This document shows positions 54,947 to 64,000 of a stretch of DNA of 64,000 bases, piece after piece (positions within the stretch are counted from its first letter, which is position 1; each line of letters starts with the position of its first letter). Location of the stretch: positions 197,916 to 261,915 of the forward strand of contig CAVRET010000001.1 of NCBI GenBank assembly GCA_963720265.1, in the 5' to 3' direction. The stretch is from an uncultured bacterium. Lineage in GTDB: Bacteria; Patescibacteriota; Saccharimonadia; UBA4664. Below the pieces are notes generated by a model. That model was given only the letters and a program-made list of their open reading frames with translations, ran no database searches and had not been told where the DNA came from. The position numbers and the translations under genes are program-made.

Positions 54947-57256
54947 TTATAACCGGACGAGCCTTGGCTTGGGCTTGGGTGGTGCCGGGGCTGGGGGTTG
55001 AGGTGGCTCGGGTAGTCTTGAAAGTTTTGATGGCCACCAGTTCCAGCGGCCGAGCAGGACCGCGATCGAAGGTACAAGCAGCGTACGTACGAAGAAGGTA
55101 TCGAGCAGAATACCAAAGGCGATTGAGAAGCCGATTTGTTCGACTTGGGCATTCCCGCCACCGGACAGGCCAAGCACGGTGAAGGTGCCGGCCAGAATGA
55201 GGCCGGCGGATGTCACGGTGTTGCCGGTAATGCCGATGGCCGTAACCACGGCCTGCCGCAAGGAGGGGCCCGTATGGGTTTCTTCGCGGATACGGGTCAT
55301 GACCAGGATGTTGTAGTCTTCACCGAGTGCCATGGAGAAGATAAAGAGCAGGAAGGGCAGAATGAAATTGAGGCCGTCGCTGGATTTATTTAGATGCACG
55401 AAGACAATCATCGCGAACCCGAGCGTTGCCAGGTAAGACAGGCCAACGCTCGCAATGAGGTACCAGGGTGCGACCAAGCTGCGCAGCAGTATCGCGAGTA
55501 GTATACCAATGATCAAGAGTACGATCGGTACAATAAGTTTTAGATCTGATGTGGCCGTGTGACTAATATCGTATACAAACGCATCTTGGCTAAATACGCC
55601 ATTGGCATTGGCGCCGACATTGTTCGCGACCGTTTGGAGTCGAGTGCGTGCCGCCGGAATGGCGTTGGCGGCAGCGGTTGAGCCAGACGGCCCGGCCGAT
55701 AGGATGGCAAAGAACTGAATGGTTTTGCCGTCTGGGCTGATGAATTGGGAGAGCGACCGGTACAGCTGGTAGGTTTGCGGCGGTACGTGGCTATGGGTGG
55801 GCTGGGTCGCGGGGAGTAGATTTGGAGGCCCGAGCTCTTTGTAGAGTGCGGCCACGGTGGTTTGTGGCAACGTGAAGCCGCCAGGATTTAGCGGTCCGCT
55901 GACTGAAGAGAATTCCGGTGCCGTGGCGAGTTGGTCTGAGGCCTCGGCCACTGGAGTAAGGTTATCCCAGATAGGAGTGTCAAAGCGCAACAGCAGGATT
56001 TGCGGATTGTTACTGGTGGCCGGGAAATGGGCCGCGATTATCTTCGATCCGATCGCAGAGTCGGTACCGGCCGGGGCTGCGGCGTTGCCGAACCCACCCG
56101 TTTTGTAGCCGATCAGGCCAAGTGACAATGATCCCAGCAGCACGATGCCTGCGACCAATGTGATTACCGGATGCCGTATCACTCGTTCGGCGATCCGGCC
56201 CCAGAGTCCCAGCTTGAAGGTGCCTTGCCGGACCTTGGACGGCCAAAAAGCGGCCCGGCCGAAGATGGCCAGGAGCGCCGGCAGCAGGGTGAGGGCGGCT
56301 AGTAAAACCACGGCCAGGCCGATGGCCAAGGCCGGCCCGAGGCCTTTGTAGAACCCGAAGCTGGCCAGGAGCAAACTCAACAAAGCGGAGCCAACGGTGG
56401 CGGCTGAGAACGTGATAGCTTCGCCAACTTTGGACAGCGCCTGGACGACCGCATCTTTGGGTTCGAGGCCCCGGCGCAGTTCTTCACGGGTACGAAAGAC
56501 CAGAAACAGGCCGTAGTCGGTGCCAGCACCGAGCAGGAGCACAATAAGCAAGAGTTGGGTAATAGGTGAAACTTGTACGCCGAATCTTGTCGACTCGGCA
56601 ATTATCGGTCCCGCGACTACGAGTGATAAAGCGGCCGGGACGAGCGTAATGAGCGGTGCCAGGGCTGAGCGGTAGACGAGCAATAGCAGTACCACGATAA
56701 AGATGAGGGTGAAGTATTGAGTGTCGTTGCGGGTCGAATTGTTAGACTGATTCGAGTCTGCCGCCTCAGCTAGTGTGCCGGTGAGGTGGAAGCTAAGACC
56801 GGCCGGCGCATCGACAGTGGTGAAGGTATGGCGCACGTCGGACACGATCGTGAGCGCAGTCGGACTGAAGCCGGAGCCGCTTGAGCCCACCAGAATCTCG
56901 CGCACCTGGCCGTCTTTCGAGGTTGCCTGGTCGCGCACAACGCTGACTTTTTGGACGTGCCGTACCGCCTGTTCGAGGCGAGCGATAGCCGCATTGTCGG
57001 CGGCAGTCAGTGGTCCAGAATCCCGTGAGGCCACAATGGTCGAGGTAGCCAAACCGCTGCCGCCTTGAAACGGGGAATCGAGGTCGGATGCTTTTTGGCT
57101 GGCCGAATTTGCGGGCAGAAAGGCCGAATTATCATTCTTTGTAACGCTTGTCAGTGTCGGCAGGGTTTTGACCGCGAGCGGCACGGCGACTATCCAGAGT
57201 ACGAGGATGAGCCAGCGAAACCGGACTGCGAAGCGAGCGATATTTTTAAAGACCAT
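54947..57256 (-). CDS. MMPL-family (RND) transporter
   Basis: GAGTDYGLFL..R.REE, ALGEDYNILVMTRIREE, LLDTF.VRTLLVP. Confidence 0.93.
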   Translation of the reverse strand: MVFKNIARFAVRFRWLILVLWIVAVPLAVKTLPTLTSVTKNDNSAFLPANSASQKASDLDSPFQGGSGLATSTIVASRDSGPLTAADNAAIARLEQAVRHVQKVSVVRDQATSKDGQVREILVGSSGSGFSPTALTIVSDVRHTFTTVDAPAGLSFHLTGTLAEAADSNQSNNSTRNDTQYFTLIFIVVLLLLVYRSALAPLITLVPAALSLVVAGPIIAESTRFGVQVSPITQLLLIVLLLGAGTDYGLFLVFRTREELRRGLEPKDAVVQALSKVGEAITFSAATVGSALLSLLLASFGFYKGLGPALAIGLAVVLLAALTLLPALLAIFGRAAFWPSKVRQGTFKLGLWGRIAERVIRHPVITLVAGIVLLGSLSLGLIGYKTGGFGNAAAPAGTDSAIGSKIIAAHFPATSNNPQILLLRFDTPIWDNLTPVAEASDQLATAPEFSSVSGPLNPGGFTLPQTTVAALYKELGPPNLLPATQPTHSHVPPQTYQLYRSLSQFISPDGKTIQFFAILSAGPSGSTAAANAIPAARTRLQTVANNVGANANGVFSQDAFVYDISHTATSDLKLIVPIVLLIIGILLAILLRSLVAPWYLIASVGLSYLATLGFAMIVFVHLNKSSDGLNFILPFLLFIFSMALGEDYNILVMTRIREETHTGPSLRQAVVTAIGITGNTVTSAGLILAGTFTVLGLSGGGNAQVEQIGFSIAFGILLDTFFVRTLLVPSIAVLLGRWNWWPSKLSRLPEPPQPPAPAPPKPKPRLVRL

Positions 57257-57286
57257 GGTGCGTATGGTTTCCTTTTACCTGTAGTT

Positions 57287-57685
57287 TCATAGGGCGAGAC
57301 TGAGGCCGGCGATGGCAACGCCAATGACGAGAGAGAGGCCGAGGATTGTAAGTGCTTTACGGCGATCTTTGCGGCGGAATTCAGCGGACGCGACGTCATT
57401 GGTTGTGCCGACGCTGCTTGCGACATTATAGAGTCCCTTCAAGCCGAAGCCGGCGCAAAAATGGAAGGCGTCTTGGAGAAAACCACTGGCGGCGGCGAAG
57501 GCTGGCAAAATGAGCACTAGGCGCCAACCCTTGGGAGCATGGATAGCTATCAGGATCACGAGCAGCGCCAGCGTTACTATGGCTCCGAAGATGCCGCTGG
57601 CACGACGTCTAGCGCGTTCGGCCGGTCCGATATTGCAGACCCCCGGAACATATCTTTGGCTGGGACGGGACGGATTCGTGGCCAT
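57287..57685 (-). CDS. small membrane protein with paired Cys motifs
   Basis: YVPGVCNIGPAERARRR, FHFCAGFG; 3 TMs. Confidence 0.75.
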   Translation of the reverse strand: MATNPSRPSQRYVPGVCNIGPAERARRRASGIFGAIVTLALLVILIAIHAPKGWRLVLILPAFAAASGFLQDAFHFCAGFGLKGLYNVASSVGTTNDVASAEFRRKDRRKALTILGLSLVIGVAIAGLSLAL

Positions 57686-57687
57686 TG

Positions 57688-58293
57688 TTACCCTCGCATA
57701 CCTTTCAGTGTTTTAGTGAGCTCGATGAGCTCGTCAAAGAAGCTTTCCACGCGGTCGCCGCGTATACCCTCGCGCAGCGGTTTAAAGAGCTCAGGATTTA
57801 CCGGAGTCGGTTCGTTTATTGCGGCCAAATATACGTCGATTGGGATTTGAATGGCGTTGCGGATCGGCAGCATTTGCAGCTCGATTACGACTTGGCGTAA
57901 CTGTTCAATGGCCCTAGCGCCGCCGGCATTGCCGTATCCGACAAACCCAACCGGTTTGTGGTTCCATTGCGGAAATACCCAGTCCAGTGCGTTTTTGAGC
58001 ACGGCTGGATAACCGTGGTTATATTCGGGAGTGACAAAGATGTAGGCGTCGCCTTCGCCAACCTTGGCGGCCCATTTCCCCGCTAGGTCATTAGCATACT
58101 TCCCCTGGCTGCCGGCCGGGGAGATGGGCTCGTCAAAGAACGTCAGCGACCAATCCTTCAGGTCAATGAGCTCGACCTGCAGGTCGTCTCGCTTTTTTAG
58201 TTCGTCGGCTATGTAGCGGGCGGGTTTTTCGCCAAACCGCTTTTGGCGGGTTGACCCGATAATGATTTGAATTTTGATCGAAGGTGCAGCCAT
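57688..58293 (-). CDS. NADPH-dependent FMN reductase
   Basis: IGSTR, TPEYNHGYPAVLKNALDW, GGARAIEQLR. Confidence 0.92.
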   Translation of the reverse strand: MAAPSIKIQIIIGSTRQKRFGEKPARYIADELKKRDDLQVELIDLKDWSLTFFDEPISPAGSQGKYANDLAGKWAAKVGEGDAYIFVTPEYNHGYPAVLKNALDWVFPQWNHKPVGFVGYGNAGGARAIEQLRQVVIELQMLPIRNAIQIPIDVYLAAINEPTPVNPELFKPLREGIRGDRVESFFDELIELTKTLKGMRG

Positions 58294-58305
58294 TTGTCTC
58301 TCCTC

Positions 58306-58761
58306 TTACGGTTGCGCAGCCGGCGGTTTCGTTTGCTCAAGCAAGGCGGTTAGTTTCTGGGTGATTGTAATGAGTACTTCTGCCTCTTCTGGTGTGAGCG
58401 CGGCTATGAGAGATTCCATGTGCTTGCGGCGCAGAGCGCAGATGCGACCCGTTAGCTCCCGGCCGGATGGGCTCAGCTGCAGTTTGATGATACGGCGATC
58501 GTGCTCGCTTGCGTGGCGCTCGACCAGATCGCGCCTGACAAGCGTATCAATGGTCTGAGTGACCGCACTTTGTGTTAAGAACAGCCGTTTGGCCAGCTCG
58601 CTGGTGGTCTGGGGATTTTCTACAAGTATCAATAAAATCTCAAGCTGGGTGCGGGTTAATTGCAGCCCTTCACCCAGTCGTTCACGAGCCCCCGCCATGG
58701 CTCGACGCATGGCGTCCATGGCTTTTTCCATCCGTGCCAGTTTTTGTTCTGCTGTATCCAT
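58306..58761 (-). CDS. MarR-family transcriptional regulator
   Basis: LTRTQLEIL, ELAKRL..TQSAVT, LVER...DRR...L.LSPSG. Confidence 0.92.
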   Translation of the reverse strand: MDTAEQKLARMEKAMDAMRRAMAGARERLGEGLQLTRTQLEILLILVENPQTTSELAKRLFLTQSAVTQTIDTLVRRDLVERHASEHDRRIIKLQLSPSGRELTGRICALRRKHMESLIAALTPEEAEVLITITQKLTALLEQTKPPAAQP

Positions 58762-58784
58762 AGTCACTAATTATGTTAGTGACT
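58762..58784. promoter_or_regulatory. perfect inverted repeat, probable MarR operator
   Basis: AGTCACTAA-ttatg-TTAGTGACT between the -10 element and the marR start. Confidence 0.7.
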
Positions 58785-58811
58785 TAAATATATTTTAGCA
58801 AGCAAAATCGA

Positions 58812-60839
58812 CTAGGCCTCGGTCATCGCTTCCGTAAATTGGCTGTTGTAGAGTGAGGCGTAGAACCCGCCGGCTGCTAGCAGGTGCTTGTGGGTGCCTT
58901 GTTCGACGATATTGCCGTCGCGCATAACAAGGATTAAGTCGGCGTCCCGGATCGTCGAGAGGCGGTGAGCAATGACGAAGCTGGTGCGTCCTTTCATGAG
59001 TTTGTTCATGGCTTTTTGGATTAAGACTTCGGTGCGGGTATCAACCGAGCTGGTGGCTTCGTCCAGGATTAAGATGGGCGGATTTGCCAGCATGGCGCGG
59101 GCGATCGTCAGCAGCTGTTTTTCGCCTTGGGCGACATTATCCGCTTCTTCATCCAGGACCAAGTTGTAGCTGCCAGGCAACGCCCGGATGAAGCCATCGG
59201 CGTGCGCGGCCTCGGCTGCCTCAATGACCTGTTTCTTGGTAGCCCCGACTTTGCCATAGGCGATGTTGGCCTGGATAGTGCCGTTAAAAAGCCAGGTATC
59301 CTGAAGCACCATACCGAAGAGGTGGCGGACATCCGAGCGCTTCATGGTACGGGTATCGACTCCATCGATCTTTATCGCGCCCGAATCTACGTCATAGAAG
59401 CGCATGAGCAGGTTGACCATGGTGGTCTTACCGGCTCCGGTTGGCCCAACGATGGCGATGCGCTGGCCTGGTTTGATGTGGGCGGTAAAGCCTTTAATGA
59501 TGGCAGTGCCGGGTGAATACCCGAAGCGCACGTCGTCGAAGCTGACGCTACCCTGGACATCCTTCAAAACAACGCTCGGTTTCGGGTCGGGTGACTGTTC
59601 AGGCTCGGCCAGGAATTCAAAGACGCGCTCGGCAGAGGCCGCGGCCAGCTGAATGACGTTAGCCACGTTGGCAGCTTGGGCGATCGGCTGATTGAGCTGG
59701 TTGATATACTGCAGGAACGCCTGGATGTCACCGATGTTAACGACGCCGCGGACCGCCAGCCAGGCTCCGCCCACGACGACTCCGACTAGGCCGAGGTTGC
59801 CCACAAACTGCGTGATGGGCTGGAGCAGCCCAGATAGGAACTGGGCCCGCCAAGCATTGCCATAGAGCTTAGCGTTTAGCTTGCGGAAAGTTGAGACGGA
59901 GCGCTGCTCACCGTTGTAGGCCCGCATGACCGTGTGCCCGGAGAACATTTCCTCGATATGTCCGTTGATCCGGCCCAAGGTATCCTGTTGACCCAAGAAG
60001 TAGCCTTGCGAGCGTTTAACGATAAAGATACTGGCGATTAAGCTGATGGGGATCGTGACTAACGCAATGATGGTCAGCTCCCAGCTGATCGTAAACATAA
60101 ACGCTATTACCCCAATGACCATAACGACTGATGTGATGATCTGGGTTAGGCTCTGGTTTAGATTCTGCCCGACCGTATCGACGTCATTGGTGACGCGGCT
60201 CAGAATATCACCGTAGGGGCGCCCGTCAAAGTACTTAAGGGGCAGACGATTAATTTTGGTCGCAATGTCACGTCTCAAGTGATACGTCACGCGCTGGACA
60301 AGATCCGCCATGATCCAGGCTTGGGCGTAAGCAAAGAGGGCGCTGATGAGGTACAGCAGGACTAAGAACAATCCAAGCCGGGCGATGTCTCTGAAGTCAA
60401 ACTGGGGCTTACCCGCCGTCAGGTCGATCTTATCAATCGTGGCTCTTTGGGCAGAAGGGATGTTTTTTGACGCGCTCGCCGGCAGCTTGGACAGGAGCTG
60501 GCCGGCAGTTGTTCCGGGCGGCAAATGGAGACCCGGCGGCAGCTCGGCCCGGATTTTAACGTAGGCCGATTGCTCCACGTAGCCGTCGACAATTAGATTG
60601 GTCATGTCGCCCAAAAGTTTGGGGCCGACGACGGTAAAGACCGTGGCTAAGACGGCAAATACGACGACCACACTTAATCTGGCCCAATAGGGACGCAGGT
60701 AGAGCAGGAGCTGGCGGATTGTACCCTTAAAGTTTTTAGCCCGGTCCGTGCCGAAAGCGACACCAAATCCCCCGCGGCCGCCTCCGCGGAAACCGGCTCC
60801 GGGGCCGGCGCTGGGACTGCGGGGTCCTCCGGCCGTCAT
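58812..60839 (-). CDS. heterodimeric ABC exporter subunit (TMD plus NBD)
   Basis: GPTGAGKT, AQGEKQ, ILDEATSSVD, IAHRL. Confidence 0.95.
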   Translation of the reverse strand: MTAGGPRSPSAGPGAGFRGGGRGGFGVAFGTDRAKNFKGTIRQLLLYLRPYWARLSVVVVFAVLATVFTVVGPKLLGDMTNLIVDGYVEQSAYVKIRAELPPGLHLPPGTTAGQLLSKLPASASKNIPSAQRATIDKIDLTAGKPQFDFRDIARLGLFLVLLYLISALFAYAQAWIMADLVQRVTYHLRRDIATKINRLPLKYFDGRPYGDILSRVTNDVDTVGQNLNQSLTQIITSVVMVIGVIAFMFTISWELTIIALVTIPISLIASIFIVKRSQGYFLGQQDTLGRINGHIEEMFSGHTVMRAYNGEQRSVSTFRKLNAKLYGNAWRAQFLSGLLQPITQFVGNLGLVGVVVGGAWLAVRGVVNIGDIQAFLQYINQLNQPIAQAANVANVIQLAAASAERVFEFLAEPEQSPDPKPSVVLKDVQGSVSFDDVRFGYSPGTAIIKGFTAHIKPGQRIAIVGPTGAGKTTMVNLLMRFYDVDSGAIKIDGVDTRTMKRSDVRHLFGMVLQDTWLFNGTIQANIAYGKVGATKKQVIEAAEAAHADGFIRALPGSYNLVLDEEADNVAQGEKQLLTIARAMLANPPILILDEATSSVDTRTEVLIQKAMNKLMKGRTSFVIAHRLSTIRDADLILVMRDGNIVEQGTHKHLLAAGGFYASLYNSQFTEAMTEA

Positions 60840-62605
60840 GAGCTTGCTCCATGTGGTTTCGTGTGTGCCATTGTGGTGGTTAGCTCTTGTTCGGAAAGCT
60901 GAGACTCGGCAATTTCTTGGTAGACGCGGCAGGTCCGGAGCAGTTCGTCGTGGCTACCCTGGCCGACTATTTTGCCGCTATCCAGCACCACAATATTGTC
61001 CGCTAGCAGTATCGTGGATATACGCTGGGCAACGATGAGTACTGTTTTGCGTTTGGTGACTCCCTCCAGTTCGAGTCTAAGTTTTTGGTCGGTGGCAAAG
61101 TCGAGAGCCGAGAAAGAGTCATCAAAAATAAAGATTTCAGGATTGTAGGCTATGGCCCGGGCAATGCTTAGACGCTGCTTCTGGCCGCCCGACACATTCG
61201 TGCCGCCTTGGGCGATCGGGCTTTTCATTCGGCCGTCTAATTTGGTAATAAACTCTTTGGCCTGGGCCACAGCGGCGGCTTGATCGAGCTCGCGGGGCGT
61301 AGCTTTTGGGGCACCAAAGGCGATGTTGGACTCTATCGTGCCCGAGAAGAGGGTAGCCCGCTGCGAGACATAGCCAATCTTTTGATGCAGATCCGTTTGC
61401 AAAAGATCGCGGACGTTGACACCGTCCACCAAGACATCACCTGAGGTGGCATCGTAGAATCTTGGAATCAGGTTAACCAGGGTCGATTTGCCGGCACCGG
61501 TACTACCCACAAAGGCAGTAGTCTGACCGGGGCGGGCGATAAATGAAATGTTTTCCAAGACCGGCTTTTCCGAACCGGCATAGGCAAAGCTGACGTTCCT
61601 GAACTCGACAATACCAAGGTCTCCCTCAGCGGCTTTTTTTGGTTTTTTCGGATCTTCAATGCTGGGTTCGGTAGCCAGAACCTCGCCAATACGACCAGCC
61701 GAGACGATGGCTCGTGGGGCGAAGACAAAGATGATGGAGAGCATGAGGAACGCCGTGATGGCTTGAATGGCGTACTGAACAAAAGCCAGGACACTGCCGA
61801 TTTGGAGCGAGCCGGCATTAATTTGATAAGCCCCGATCCAGACAATGGCGATTGAGACCACATTCATTATGAGCAGCATAACCGGCTGGAGAGAGGCGAG
61901 GACGCGATTGACGAAGATGTTAATTGCCGTCAGGTCCCGGTTGACGTCATCAAATTTCTGCTCTTCCTGACCCTGACGGTTGAAGGCCCGGATTACCCGG
62001 ATTCCCGTCAAGAACTCGCGGGTGACGAGGTTCAGGCGGTCGACAATTTTTTGGACAAGTTTGAACCGGGGCAGGACGATAAGGAAGATGGTCAGAACTA
62101 TGGCGATGAGTGCCACGATGGCTGTCACCATGATCCACGTCAGGGAAGGCGCTAAGTGATCGGCTTTGTAGATGGCGCCGATTCCCATAAAGGGGGCCAT
62201 GAATGCGATTCGCAGTACGAGTAGCATGACCTGCTGGATCTGCTGCACATCGTTGGTGGAGCGAGTTATGAGAGAGGCGCTCGAAAAGGAGTTAAACTCC
62301 AGCAGCGAGAAGCCCTCAACCTTAGTAAATATCGCTTCTCTGATGCGCTGCGCAAACCCGGTTGCGATGCGGGTTGCCACGTAGCTGACGCCGACCATGC
62401 AGATGCCACCGATTAGGGCGACCGCAAGCATGATAAGCCCAGTGTGGTAGATATAGCTCGTGTTTTGAACAACGACACCGTTGTCGATAATTTCAGCCAA
62501 GTAGTTGGGTAATGCCAGGGTTGACCACGTTTGTCCAAATACCAGTGCCAGCAGCGCTAGCATTGCTAGAAGGTACGGCTGGAAATAGCGTGCAAGATGG
62601 CGCAA
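60836..62605 (-). CDS. heterodimeric ABC exporter subunit with a degenerate site
   Basis: GSTGAGKS, SGGQKQR, FDDSFSALD, VAQRI. Confidence 0.95.
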   Translation of the reverse strand: MRHLARYFQPYLLAMLALLALVFGQTWSTLALPNYLAEIIDNGVVVQNTSYIYHTGLIMLAVALIGGICMVGVSYVATRIATGFAQRIREAIFTKVEGFSLLEFNSFSSASLITRSTNDVQQIQQVMLLVLRIAFMAPFMGIGAIYKADHLAPSLTWIMVTAIVALIAIVLTIFLIVLPRFKLVQKIVDRLNLVTREFLTGIRVIRAFNRQGQEEQKFDDVNRDLTAINIFVNRVLASLQPVMLLIMNVVSIAIVWIGAYQINAGSLQIGSVLAFVQYAIQAITAFLMLSIIFVFAPRAIVSAGRIGEVLATEPSIEDPKKPKKAAEGDLGIVEFRNVSFAYAGSEKPVLENISFIARPGQTTAFVGSTGAGKSTLVNLIPRFYDATSGDVLVDGVNVRDLLQTDLHQKIGYVSQRATLFSGTIESNIAFGAPKATPRELDQAAAVAQAKEFITKLDGRMKSPIAQGGTNVSGGQKQRLSIARAIAYNPEIFIFDDSFSALDFATDQKLRLELEGVTKRKTVLIVAQRISTILLADNIVVLDSGKIVGQGSHDELLRTCRVYQEIAESQLSEQELTTTMAHTKPHGASS

Positions 62606-62618
62606 TTAGGAGCCCACC

Positions 62619-62810
62619 CTACAGTGTTTTCGGCGCGTCAATGGTAGCAGTTTTTATCAGCTCTCCCAGTGAACTGGTGATGAGCGCTGATTTACCGCGC
62701 TCGATCTTCATATAAGTATTTGGATGTATTCCAACTTTTTCCGCCATCTCAACTTGGGTCAGTTCTAGTATTGTGCGAGCTCCCTCAAGTTTTCTTGCAG
62801 TCTCAGTCAT
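62619..62810 (-). CDS. short XRE-family HTH protein
   Basis: LTQVEMAEKVGIHPNTY.KIERG. Confidence 0.7.
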   Translation of the reverse strand: MTETARKLEGARTILELTQVEMAEKVGIHPNTYMKIERGKSALITSSLGELIKTATIDAPKTL

Positions 62811-62927
62811 TTCAGAAGTAATTATAGCAAACGTGCTTAACCTCACTCCCAACAGGTCCAGCAGCCAGGTTATTTATGCTGAATCACGATAACGGATGCC
62901 GCGGTCGTTACTACGCAAACGTGGTGT

Positions 62928-63470
62928 CTACCACGACGAGCTGCTACTGGACTGCGATGCAGCCGGCGCGGAAGTAGGGGCCGCTGTAGCAGCCGCCGGT
63001 GCTGACGCGGCCTGTGGGGGCATGGGCTTCGCTAGGTGGAATCCACTCACATCATCGCCTGTTGCGCCGCCCGATGCGTCACCGACGAAGTAATAAAGGG
63101 GTAGCCCGTTGTATGTGTACTGAGTTTTGCCGTTGTCGCTGCGGGTGATGGTTCCTACGCCACTGGGTAGGCTTGTGGTCGAGCCGGAATCGACATATGC
63201 TGGCCACGTTGACAGGCAAGAGCCAGTACAGTTGCTCATTCCATTTGCGTCTTGGCTATAGGCGTAGAGCGCTTTGCCGCTGGGATCGGCGAGGTATTCA
63301 GCTACCGCAGAACTTGTTTTGGTAATAAGGACAGCATTATTGACTGCCGACGCGTTTGTCACTTTTGTCCCGGAGCTGGCCGTAGCCTTTGACATATGCA
63401 TTACGATGAGCGCGCCCCCTGCCACGACTATGACGACGGCTCCAATTATCACCAATAAACGTCTGCTCAT
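62928..63470 (-). CDS. secreted repeat protein (COG4315/Lipoprotein_15-like)
   Basis: G.ALY.Y..D, C.GSC...WP, R.D.GKTQ.TYNG.PLYYF.GD. Confidence 0.85.
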   Translation of the reverse strand: MSRRLLVIIGAVVIVVAGGALIVMHMSKATASSGTKVTNASAVNNAVLITKTSSAVAEYLADPSGKALYAYSQDANGMSNCTGSCLSTWPAYVDSGSTTSLPSGVGTITRSDNGKTQYTYNGLPLYYFVGDASGGATGDDVSGFHLAKPMPPQAASAPAAATAAPTSAPAASQSSSSSSW

Positions 63471-63558
63471 GTCGTAATTTCTCCATTCAACTTATCTGCA
63501 TATAAATATAACGAGCTTCTTGACAATTTGTTACGACTACGGATTCACGTATGATTAA

Positions 63559-64000
63559 TTAATCAGCTTCATTTTTGACGCTGGCAATGGTTTCAGCTAT
63601 GGCCACGCGTTCGGCGTCACTCGACATGGTTTCCGCCTGCCGTAGTGTGCTTTCGCAGTACTCAAAATCCGCGTAGTTTCCGCCCCTATAGTCTGCTGCT
63701 TCGTTTTTGTAGCTTTTCAAGGTTGCATTGATAAGTTGCGGGTTATCGTGCAGTGCCACAAGCTGTTTCACTTCTTGCGCGCGGCGCATCATGAGGACGC
63801 CGCGATAGTTTGGTTCAACGATGACGGCGACGTTTTCCGTCAGCCGTTTGACTGGGTAGAGTAGGTTGCCTGGGTAAGTGTTCTGGGCAATTGACGCAAT
63901 TGCAAGCCCGATCGCGCCGACAACGGCAACACTGGCTACTAGCGCAGCAAAGGGACGGCTCTGTGGTCGCTTGACGGAGGACAGCCGAGGTTCCCTGCCC
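63559..64000 (-). CDS. 3' part of a DUF5667-like membrane-anchored protein
   Basis: Frame open from the window edge: TM, then AQNTYPGNLLYPVKRLTENV, then helical RRAQEVKQL. Confidence 0.65.
   Translation of the reverse strand, partial: GREPRLSSVKRPQSRPFAALVASVAVVGAIGLAIASIAQNTYPGNLLYPVKRLTENVAVIVEPNYRGVLMMRRAQEVKQLVALHDNPQLINATLKSYKNEAADYRGGNYADFEYCESTLRQAETMSSDAERVAIAETIASVKNEAD

Noticed and set aside
25-63477. Numerous 60-200 aa ORFs antisense to or overlapping the called genes
   Set aside because: They are shadow ORFs of GC-rich coding sequence with no recognisable motifs or start signals.

Overview
A bacterial chromosome segment that most likely comes from Candidatus Saccharibacteria (Patescibacteria/CPR). 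This assignment is inferred from lineage-typical proteins: an N-terminal RLPxPGxDxGxWGxxLN motif protein, dockerin-tailed secreted proteins, sortase, a bPH-domain membrane protein and a DUF5667-like protein. From left to right: (1) a translationally coupled minus-strand operon (acidic 732-aa protein, Clp/Hsp100 ATPase with a degenerate first AAA+ domain, small protein, probable T4SS coupling-protein-like gene), whose leader has a compact cobalamin-riboswitch-like fold and two NrdR-box-like sites; (2) divergent NRAMP and MgtA transporters; (3) a partial coproporphyrin-dependent heme cluster (hemC, hemD, chdC, hemE, cpfC); (4) a tatA-tatC-twin-arginine micropeptide locus beside a small LPxTG protein and an RLP-motif protein; (5) signalling and housekeeping genes plus a ClpG-like disaggregase; (6) three large beta-helix/dockerin proteins with a sortase and its substrate; (7) an AT-richer patch with tRNA 3'-end fragments, a truncated ThiF plus DUF6527, a nucleotidyltransferase and a RelBE-type TA pair; (8) MarR/MMPL and ABC exporter genes. 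Many genes appear leaderless. I found no rRNA, intact tRNA, CRISPR array or integrase. All family calls come from motif recognition by eye; no searches were run.
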